Below are positions 1-7,699 of a stretch of 64,000 nucleotides of DNA, piece after piece (positions within the stretch are counted from its first letter, which is position 1; each line of letters starts with the position of its first letter). A program made the position numbers and the translations under genes. The stretch is from Terriglobia bacterium. Its GTDB lineage: Bacteria > Acidobacteriota > Terriglobia > JAJPHL01 > JAPKYU01. A model generated the notes under the pieces. That model worked only from the letters and a program-made list of their open reading frames with translations, ran no database searches and was not told the origin of the DNA. The stretch covers positions 448,001-512,000 of the forward strand of contig CBDCVK010000002.1 in the NCBI GenBank assembly GCA_965223005.1, in the 5' to 3' direction.

Positions 1-1099
1 CGTCACGCTGGCCGCCGCTGTGGGGAATGACCGGGATGTCGTAGGCCGCAGCCAGCGCCCCGATCCGCCGTAGCTCGGTCAACCCTCCGCACCAATGGAC
101 GTCCGGCTGCCAGATCTCGGAGGCATCGTGTTCGAGCAGCTGCCGAAACCCATACCGCGTATACTCGTGCTCGCCTGTGACGATGCGCGTGGAGCGAATC
201 AGCTTCCGCAGCCGCCCCATTCCTTCGTAGTCGTGAGGGAGCAAGCACTCCTCCAACCAATAGACCCGATAGGGCTCGAACGCTTCGGCCAATTCGAGTG
301 TATACCGCTCGGTCAGCGCCATCCAGCAGTCCATCATGACTTCGCCGTCGCGTCCAACCGCCTCCCTGGCACGCTTCACCAGCGCCACGTTCTTGCGAAT
401 CCCCGCTTTGCCGTCCACCGGACCATACGGCAGCGCCAGCTTGAGCTTCGTATATCCGAACTCGGCATGCTGCTCGATATCATTCCCCGTGCAGTAGGCC
501 GGGATGCGGGCTTTGGTCTCACCACCGAGAAGTTTGTAAACAGGCAGTCCCCAAACTTTCCCGGCGAGGTCCCAGAGGGCTAGGTCCACCCCGCTGATTG
601 CGTGCAGAACGGCTCCCTTGCGCCCGTAGAACATCGTCGAGCGCCACAGGATGTCCCACAGACGCTCGACGTTGAGCGGGTTTTCTCCAAGCAGAAGTTT
701 CACTAGGTGACCCCCGATGAAGGGTCCGGCTCCGGGACCTCCTGGAGCCAGCCCACTCACACCTTGGTTGGTGCCGATCTCGACCCACACTCGCCCCAGC
801 CGCTCATCGTCGGGCCCAAACAAAGAACGAGACGGCTTGTACTTGGGGTAGATCGACATCGGGCTGGCGATTTCTTCTGTCTCTCGTCGTAGCCGCGCGG
901 TCCAGGAGTTGGGGTCCGGCGTATAGGTTGGGACGGGGCGTTTGGGCCGCACTTTGACCAGGCGGACGCTGGTGATTCTCAGATCACCGTCGTTTTGAGG
1001 CCACGGCAGAGGCTCGGGCTCGGCGCGGCTCACCTCCGGGCAGATCAGCTGGGACACAACCCCCCCAACGGCACATCGAAGCCAGTCTCTTCGTTTCAT
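1..1099 (-). CDS. Mandelate racemase/enolase-superfamily acid-sugar dehydratase (L-rhamnonate dehydratase-like) with Tat-like signal; 3' end runs off the window
   Basis: Manual minus-strand translation from ATG 1099 (SD GAGGAG): MKRRDWLR..., AISGVDLALWDL, KLK, MMDCWM, WLEE, TGEHE, WQPDVHWCGG, VIPH; no stop before base 1. Confidence 0.85.
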   Translation of the reverse strand, partial: MKRRDWLRCAVGGVVSQLICPEVSRAEPEPLPWPQNDGDLRITSVRLVKVRPKRPVPTYTPDPNSWTARLRRETEEIASPMSIYPKYKPSRSLFGPDDERLGRVWVEIGTNQGVSGLAPGGPGAGPFIGGHLVKLLLGENPLNVERLWDILWRSTMFYGRKGAVLHAISGVDLALWDLAGKVWGLPVYKLLGGETKARIPAYCTGNDIEQHAEFGYTKLKLALPYGPVDGKAGIRKNVALVKRAREAVGRDGEVMMDCWMALTERYTLELAEAFEPYRVYWLEECLLPHDYEGMGRLRKLIRSTRIVTGEHEYTRYGFRQLLEHDASEIWQPDVHWCGGLTELRRIGALAAAYDIPVIPHSGGQRD

Positions 1100-1463
1100 A
1101 TCGCTCCTCGCTCAAGATAGGGACCCAACCAGGCCCACTATAGGTAAATTTTCAGACGGAAGGCACACAGGCACCTGGACCGGCCGGAGTGCAACCACCA
1201 GAGTCACGGGGCAACCATGAGAGCAGGCTACGCCACAGAAGGTGTAGGTTGGGTCGCCTATCAGTGGCGCAGCCAGGGGGTAATGTAGAGATGCGCGGAG
1301 TGTAGTCGCGCCGGCTTGGGTTGTCAACGGCAGCAGCGCAGCCCACGCACGTCAGGGGCGTAATATCACCCTGCTCCAGGCGTCTGGGAAGATGCTAGGG
1401 AGACACTTGTTAAACGCAGTGCTCGAATGGGGGAGGCACGCTTTCAGTGAGAGCGGAAACCTG

Positions 1464-2399
1464 TCACGGCTTGGGCCGGATGCGGAACGGCCTGGATTCC
1501 GGCTGGTCCCAACCGAGCTTGTTCATTAGCTCGGTCAGGCGAGACCGAACCCACTCTTGAGGCTCCCTCTGGTCGGTCAGTTCGCTGTAGACCCAAGCTG
1601 CCTCGTCCAGCATTCCGTTCTCTTCGTAAAGAAACGCCAGCAGGAAGCGCGGCCCGTTGTCGGCGGGATTTTCCTGCAAAGCTCGGCGCAAGTTGCTTTC
1701 GGTGGCGCGGACCCGCTCGGCCTCCTCCCTCAGCAGCACCCGGAAGTAAGAGTTGGCTTCGGTCAGCGGTTCTTCGCCCTTCCGAGCAGTCACCCGCCAC
1801 CAATATTTCTCGCCCCAGGCTAGGGCTTGGGAATCGGCCGGGTACTGTACCTCAGTTGAGGAAACGCTCTGGCGCCAGAGAATGCGCTCTTCGCGGTCCA
1901 TCAACTTGACCTCGTAAGTGTCGGCGTTGTTCACCGGAACCCAGCGGAACCTGGGCTGGAGGCTGGCAATGTTGGTGCGCGAAGGAGAGCGCAGCGGCGA
2001 GATCGGTGCCCGCAGACGCATCATGGCGGACTCCATCTGGCTGGCCCCAGCCAGCGTCAGATTGGCGGGCAGGCGGCAAGAGGGCACCTCGCGCGCGTTC
2101 CCAAGCTTGCCTTTGCGCACCTTCACCGAAGTCGCCTCGAACTGGACGTCAGCGTTGGCCAGAACCTTGGCAGCGCTCGATTCGGGACAGAACAGGAAGG
2201 CGGCCTCAGAACTCTTGCCGGTCAGGACACGGTCGCCGGCCGCAATCAAGTCGGCAGTCCGCGCTGGAACTGGGCTCTTCTGTCCCGCTCTCACGATTTG
2301 TACGTTGCCTGACACCGTGGAAAGTATCCCCACCGGGGCTGCGGCCTGCGCGGCAGCGCAAAGACACAGAAGCGCGGTTACAGTCCGACAGATCATCAC
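1464..2399 (-). CDS. Secreted protein: FecR-like N-terminus, FN3/DUF928-like middle, TPR-like C-terminus
   Basis: Signal peptide (LLCLCAAAQA); VSGNVQI..GDRVLTG..S.A; P.FRW...YEV.L..L..GEKYWWRV; LAFLYEENGMLDEA. Confidence 0.6.
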   Translation of the reverse strand: MMICRTVTALLCLCAAAQAAAPVGILSTVSGNVQIVRAGQKSPVPARTADLIAAGDRVLTGKSSEAAFLFCPESSAAKVLANADVQFEATSVKVRKGKLGNAREVPSCRLPANLTLAGASQMESAMMRLRAPISPLRSPSRTNIASLQPRFRWVPVNNADTYEVKLMDREERILWRQSVSSTEVQYPADSQALAWGEKYWWRVTARKGEEPLTEANSYFRVLLREEAERVRATESNLRRALQENPADNGPRFLLAFLYEENGMLDEAAWVYSELTDQREPQEWVRSRLTELMNKLGWDQPESRPFRIRPKP

Positions 2400-2473
2400 T
2401 CACCACCTTTTAACCGGAATTTCCGGCTTCTAACTTCGTAGAGAATCATGGCCGCATACCTAGGAATCCCCGG

Positions 2474-2791
2474 TCAAGGTTTCAGGAAAACGGTCAGCAG
2501 TTTGATCGCGACGCCTTTTTTCAGCGACCCTTGGATCGGCTTGACTCGTACCACCTCCGCCTGCTGCGGCCGTTCCAACGATGGGTTTGAGGGGTCGTAG
2601 GGAAATACAACCTCCGTTGTCATTCCCGGTTGGTATTCGCCGAAAGCCTCGAAAAAGATTCCGGTGCGGGTCAAATTCTTGACAGTCCCCACTTGCGCGG
2701 ACTGGTAGATATCCTTGAACTTGACGTGGATCTTGACCTCGTTGGTGACCCGATACCGTTGCCGCCGCTCGGGTCCCTCACGTTTAGGCAT
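2474..2791 (-). CDS. PilZ domain protein
   Basis: ERRQRYR (RxxxR), NLTRTG (D/NxSxxG-like), AEVVRV, GVAIKL; start trimmed to MPKREG. Confidence 0.75.
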   Translation of the reverse strand: MPKREGPERRQRYRVTNEVKIHVKFKDIYQSAQVGTVKNLTRTGIFFEAFGEYQPGMTTEVVFPYDPSNPSLERPQQAEVVRVKPIQGSLKKGVAIKLLTVFLKP

Positions 2792-3309
2792 GCCAGGCTT
2801 CTGCCGCGAGTCGCGACAGGCGCATGTGAGTCTATCAGTCCAATTGACCTGGGTTCCATCCTTCCTAGCATCCCCGCTCATTGCCCGTTTCCTCTTTGCA
2901 GGACAGCGCTGCCATGGCCTGGGCCCTGTCGGTGCATAACAGCGTCTATCTAAACGCAGCAGTCTCAAGCAGCCAATAGGCTAGCAGTTACATTTTGCTT
3001 GGTACCTTTGCACTAGAAGGCGCACGCCCGACAGGGGGAGATCAGGATAGGATGGCGGAGCGTCAAATCTCTCAGCAAATAGTGGAACGGCGTCGCCGAA
3101 CCCTTAATCGGGGACTTACCTAAAAGTAAGGGTACAGGCCGTTAGTGCGCCTATAACGCACCACCCGCAGTCCCTGGAGTTGTTCGCAACGTTGACGCCG
3201 TGGTAACCTGTTGGTTTGTATGACCAAAATTCTGGATTACGAGTTGAGATCATACATGCAGTCTGGTTGCAGGTCCTAATCCCAGGCTGATTTGACGAAT
3301 CCCTTGACG

Positions 3310-4743
3310 ATGGCGGCACAACCACGGACGCTGTTTGACAGGATTTGGGAGAGTCACGTCGTCTTCCAGGAGCCCGACTGCCCGGCGCTGCTCTACATTG
3401 ACCTTCACCTGGTTCACGAGGTTACGTCACCGCAGGCCTTCCAGGGCCTGCGGGAGCGTGGCGTGCGCGTGAGGCAGCCAGCACGGACGGTGGCCACGGC
3501 GGACCACAGCGTCCCTACCACCGACCGCTCGCTGCCCATCGTCGACGCCATGGCGGCACGGCAGGTCGCCCAATTGGAGGAGAATTGCCGCGAGTTCGGG
3601 ATCACTTACTACGGGCTGGACAGTCGTCATCAGGGCATCGTGCACATCATTGGGCCGGAGCTGGGGCTGACCCGGCCGGGCATTACCGTGGTGTGCGGCG
3701 ACAGCCACACCTCCACCCATGGCGCCTTCGGCGCGCTGGCCTTTGGCATCGGCACCAGTGAAGTGGAACACGTGCTGGCGACCCAGTGCTTGTTGCAGAG
3801 CCGGCCACGCACCATGGAAATCCAGGTGGACGGAGCGCTGCCTCCCGGGGTGACCGCAAAGGACATCATCCTGGCCGTGATCGGGCGCATCGGAGTGGGC
3901 GGTGGCGCCGGGCACGTGCTCGAATACACCGGCAGTGCCATCCGCTCTCTGTCCATGGAAGAGCGCATGACCGTATGTAACATGTCCATCGAGGGTGGAG
4001 CGCGCGCGGGCATGGTCGCGCCGGACGACACGACTTTGCAGTACATGTGCGGGCGGCCCTTTGCCCCGCAGGCGGCGGCGTGGGATGCGGCCGTAGAAAC
4101 CTGGCGCAAGCTGACTACTGATGCCGGCGCTCGCTATGACGCCTCGGTTATCCTGGACGCCCGCCGGCTGGAGCCGATGATTACCTACGGAACCAATCCG
4201 GGCATGTCCTTGCCGGTCACCGCGCCAGTGCCGGAGCCGAACGCGCTTACTGACACCGCGCAGCGTGGGGCGCTGGAGAAAGCTCTTAGCTACATGGCTC
4301 TCCCGCCGGGCCGCCCGCTGCTTGGCCACCCGCTGGACGTGGTGTTCATTGGCAGTTGCACGAATTCCCGCATCAGCGACCTGCGCGCCGCCGCGCGCCT
4401 GTTGCGAGGTCGCAAGGTGAACCCGCGGCTGCGAGTGCTGGTGGTACCTGGCTCGCAGCAGGTCAAGAGGGAGGCCGAAGACGAAGGGCTGGCCGAACTG
4501 TTCCGCCGGGCAGGCTGCGAATGGCGCGAGCCGGGCTGCAGCATGTGCATCGCCATGAACGGCGACGAATTGAAGCCTGGCGAGTACTGCGTCAGCACCA
4601 GCAACCGAAATTTTGAAGGGCGCCAGGGCAAGCGCGGCCGCACCTTCCTGGCCAGCCCACTGACGGCCGCTGCCTGCGCGCTGACCGGTGTGATTACCGA
4701 CGCACGCACTCTATTTGAGACCGGCGCCAGAAAGGGGAACTAG
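3310..4743 (+). CDS. leuC: 3-isopropylmalate dehydratase large subunit
   Basis: [47 protein letters not shown]. Confidence 0.97.
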   Translation: MAAQPRTLFDRIWESHVVFQEPDCPALLYIDLHLVHEVTSPQAFQGLRERGVRVRQPARTVATADHSVPTTDRSLPIVDAMAARQVAQLEENCREFGITYYGLDSRHQGIVHIIGPELGLTRPGITVVCGDSHTSTHGAFGALAFGIGTSEVEHVLATQCLLQSRPRTMEIQVDGALPPGVTAKDIILAVIGRIGVGGGAGHVLEYTGSAIRSLSMEERMTVCNMSIEGGARAGMVAPDDTTLQYMCGRPFAPQAAAWDAAVETWRKLTTDAGARYDASVILDARRLEPMITYGTNPGMSLPVTAPVPEPNALTDTAQRGALEKALSYMALPPGRPLLGHPLDVVFIGSCTNSRISDLRAAARLLRGRKVNPRLRVLVVPGSQQVKREAEDEGLAELFRRAGCEWREPGCSMCIAMNGDELKPGEYCVSTSNRNFEGRQGKRGRTFLASPLTAAACALTGVITDARTLFETGARKGN

Positions 4744-4770
4744 CTCGGCCAGAGCAGGGAACTAGCACGA

Positions 4771-5358
4771 ATGGAACCGTTCACGACCTTTACCGGCCGC
4801 CTGGCCCCGTTGCCGATCCGTGATGTGGACACCGACCAGATCATCCCGGCGCGCTTTCTGAAGGGCACTGTCAAGTCGGGCATGGGAGCGTACCTGTTCT
4901 GCGACTGGCGCCACGACGAGGAAGGCAAGCCACGGCCAGATTTCATCCTGAACCAGCCGCAGGCATACGGGGCTCAGGTGTTGCTGGCCGGGCACAACTT
5001 CGGCTGCGGCAGCTCGCGCGAACACGCGCCCTGGGCCCTGCTCGACTTCGGCTTCCGCGCCGTCATCAGCACCTCGTTCGGCGATATCTTCGGCGCCAAT
5101 TCGCTGAAGAACGGGCTGCTGCCGGTCGTGGTGGATCCGGCGACACACGCCGCGCTGCTGACGCGCGTCACCAAGGACCCTGGCGCGCAGGTCACCATTG
5201 ACTTGGCCTCGCAAACCTTGACGCTGCCCGACGGCTCGGCCGTCAGCTTCCCCATAGACAACTTCTCCAGGCAATGCCTGCTGGCCGGCGTGGACCAGCT
5301 AGGCTACATCCTCAAGTACCAGGATAAGATCGCCGCCTACGAGCGTGACCGCGCCTAG
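4771..5358 (+). CDS. leuD: 3-isopropylmalate dehydratase small subunit
   Basis: [28 protein letters not shown]; follows leuC. Confidence 0.97.
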   Translation: MEPFTTFTGRLAPLPIRDVDTDQIIPARFLKGTVKSGMGAYLFCDWRHDEEGKPRPDFILNQPQAYGAQVLLAGHNFGCGSSREHAPWALLDFGFRAVISTSFGDIFGANSLKNGLLPVVVDPATHAALLTRVTKDPGAQVTIDLASQTLTLPDGSAVSFPIDNFSRQCLLAGVDQLGYILKYQDKIAAYERDRA

Positions 5359-5464
5359 GCTCGATAGAGCACTCATCCTTCCCCCCAACAAATGGCTTCT
5401 CCAGGGGAAGCTGGAAGCGGGCGGGGTCTTGCGCACCTGCCTTGCCGCAGGGTACCTTGGTAAG

Positions 5465-6001
5465 ATGAGACTGCTGGCAGTTCTGTCGGCCGCAATACTG
5501 TGGCTTGCACCGTTCGTAGCCCCGACACCACGCGCTCAAGAAGAAGAGATCTTGATACCCGGCAAGCGGATGGTGCGTGCCGTGCAGTTCCCTTATGATC
5601 TGGACGTCAAGTTCACCCTCTTCTCCACTGGCCGGCTGGAGGGAATTTCAGGAAAAGCCGAAGTCAAGCGCGGCAAGCAGGAAGTCCAGGTGAAGGTGGA
5701 GCTGGGGAAAGGGCCGCCCGCCAGCCAACTCGGGGCCCAGTATCGCGGCTACGTGGTGTGGGCACTCACCCCGGGGGGTGAGTTCGTAAAGCTGGGCGCG
5801 CTGCAACGCAAAGGGAAACTGCAGACCACCACCACGCGGCCCGCCTTCGGCATCGTGGTCAGCGCGGAAGCTGACCTGCAGACCACTTCGCTCACCGTGC
5901 CCGTGCTGGAAAGCGGCTATCCCAGGGGCAAGCGCCGCATCTACCCCATGAAGCGCGTCTACTACACGCCCGCGTCAACCAACCAGCAGGCCGGGCCCTG
6001 A
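5465..6001 (+). CDS. Secreted hypothetical protein (predicted beta-sandwich)
   Basis: Signal peptide MRLLAVLSAAILWLAPFVA; YVVWALTPGG..LG and FGIVVSAE motifs. Confidence 0.65.
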   Translation: MRLLAVLSAAILWLAPFVAPTPRAQEEEILIPGKRMVRAVQFPYDLDVKFTLFSTGRLEGISGKAEVKRGKQEVQVKVELGKGPPASQLGAQYRGYVVWALTPGGEFVKLGALQRKGKLQTTTTRPAFGIVVSAEADLQTTSLTVPVLESGYPRGKRRIYPMKRVYYTPASTNQQAGP

Positions 6002-6283
6002 GGCCTCTAGAGGACCTGTGCGAAATTGAACATTCATGAGATGGGTTCAAGAGACTGGCGCTGAACTCCCAGCTTTGCGACCTAGGCATACCATGGGATT
6101 CGGCTCCATTACCGTCACATCGTGAAATTGACCCGGGGGCCATGATTTGCTTATAAGGTTTGCTTATTCTGGCCCGGCTGGGAGTTCGTTCTGACTGAAT
6201 TTCCCCCAACCACGCCTGCCGACCGTCCGGCCGCTCCTGCACCTCGCCGCAATCCGGGCCGCAGTCCGGGCCGCCGTCCGGGA

Positions 6284-7096
6284 ATGCTGTGGCTGATGCT
6301 ATTTGCGGCCGCCCTGGTGCTAGTGCCGTTTCTGTTCTGGCATGGCACCTGGTTTGGCCGAAGCCTCACCGACGCGCAGATTGGCGAGTACTTGGACAAT
6401 CCGGAGAAGCCGCGGCGCATCCAGCACGCGCTGTCGCAAATCGCCGACCGTATCGTCGTCGGCGACCCTTCAATGGCGCAGTGGTATCCGCGCGTGGTGG
6501 CGCTGGCGTCCAGCCCTGTGGCGGAGATCCGGGTGACCGCCGGCTGGGTGATGGGCCAGGACAACCGGTCCCAGCAATTCCATCAGGCGCTGGTACAGTT
6601 GATGCAGGATCCGGAGCCGATGGTTCGGCGTAACGCGGCACTGTCTCTGGTGCGCTTCGGCGACGGGCGCGGCAAGCCGGTCCTGGTCCAGATGCTGCAG
6701 CCCCTCACCATCACGGCCCCGCGCGCCGGAGTCCTGTCTCTGCGCCAAAAAGAGCAGGATGCAGTGGATGTGGGCTCGCTGCTAGCGCGCGTTTCAGGAG
6801 ACGCTGGCGAGCCGGTCGACGTGCGCTCGCCTGTGGCCGGCCAGATCAGACGCCGCCTGCAGGAGGATGGTGCGCGGGTGGCTGCGGGTGAGCCGGTCTT
6901 TGAGCTGGAGTCTTCGGCCGAGCAGGTTTGGGAGGCGCTGCGGGCGCTCTACCTGGTTGGCGGTCCCGAAGACCTGCCGGATGTAGAGCGCTTTTCGCTG
7001 CCCCGGACTGACATGCCGGAGAGGGTGCGGCAGCAGGCCCGCATTACGGCACAGGCCATTCGCCGCCGGGCCCGCTCCGGGCCATCAGCCCGCTAG
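6284..7096 (+). CDS. Membrane-anchored HEAT-repeat protein with inserted biotinyl/lipoyl-like domain
   Basis: N-terminal TM; HEAT-like DPEPMVRRNAALSL; ITAPRAG...VRSPVAGQI...GARVAAGEPVFEL; frame is open upstream to CTG 6191. Confidence 0.75.
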   Translation: MLWLMLFAAALVLVPFLFWHGTWFGRSLTDAQIGEYLDNPEKPRRIQHALSQIADRIVVGDPSMAQWYPRVVALASSPVAEIRVTAGWVMGQDNRSQQFHQALVQLMQDPEPMVRRNAALSLVRFGDGRGKPVLVQMLQPLTITAPRAGVLSLRQKEQDAVDVGSLLARVSGDAGEPVDVRSPVAGQIRRRLQEDGARVAAGEPVFELESSAEQVWEALRALYLVGGPEDLPDVERFSLPRTDMPERVRQQARITAQAIRRRARSGPSAR

Positions 7097-7446
7097 ATTT
7101 TCATCTTAATGCCGTTTGCCGTTTCCCACTCAGCCAGGGGCACCATGTCAATGGCGTCCCAGGGACAGCCGTCCAGGAAGGTACCGTCGGGGCCCTTGCT
7201 GACACATTTTTTGCAGCCAATGCAGAGGAATGGGTCCACTTCGATGCGGCCAAAGGGCGGGTGGTCCTCGTCGGGAACCCAATACATGCAGTCTTCCACC
7301 GGGCAGTAGTCCACGCAGGCGGGCGAGCCGGCGCAGCCGGTGCAGAGCTCGTTGATAATGGCCAGCTCCCGCGGCATTTTCTTCCGCGGGGTGTTAATTC
7401 CCTGCGATTTGGGTTCCTGCTTGATGACCTCAGTCGTCTCCGCCAT
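7093..7446 (-). CDS. 2[4Fe-4S] dicluster ferredoxin-like protein
   Basis: CTGCAGSPACVDYCP and CIGCKKC-x12-CPWDAI. Confidence 0.85.
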   Translation of the reverse strand: MAETTEVIKQEPKSQGINTPRKKMPRELAIINELCTGCAGSPACVDYCPVEDCMYWVPDEDHPPFGRIEVDPFLCIGCKKCVSKGPDGTFLDGCPWDAIDMVPLAEWETANGIKMKI

Positions 7447-7559
7447 AGTCCGGTTCTTTGTCATGATAGCGTGCCGCCCTGCCGTTGTCTATCCGAAACT
7501 CGCCGCTCGGATCACGCCAGGATTCTTTCGCGGTGTGCCGGCCGGAGCCGCTGTTTTTC

Positions 7560-7597
7560 CCAATGCCATTTCTCATTGCCAATGACATTTCTCATTG
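7560..7597. repeat. Two tandem 19-bp palindromic units CCAATG(C/A)CATTTCTCATTG
   Basis: 7560-7578 and 7579-7597, 18/19 identical, each bounded by CAATG...CATTG. Confidence 0.8.
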
Positions 7598-7645
7598 AAT
7601 GAAACGTGCCAGCGGCTTACCCTTCTGGCAGTCGGTATCGTTTTG

Positions 7646-7696
7646 GAAAGGCGTATCGGTCCGAAGGGCGTATCGGTCCGAAAGGAATATCGGGCG
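7646..7696 (+). repeat. Three tandem 17-bp repeats
   Basis: GAAAGGCGTATCGGTCC / GAAGGGCGTATCGGTCC / GAAAGGAATATCGGGCG. Confidence 0.8.
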
Positions 7697-7699
7697 GCC

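Noticed and set aside
1100-1460. Short ORFs in the 360-bp intergenic region
   Set aside because: No SD, motif or recognisable RNA structure that could be supported
3220-3279. Short ORF MTKILDYELRSYMQSGCRS as a leu attenuator peptide
   Set aside because: Only two non-adjacent Leu codons and no terminator hairpin
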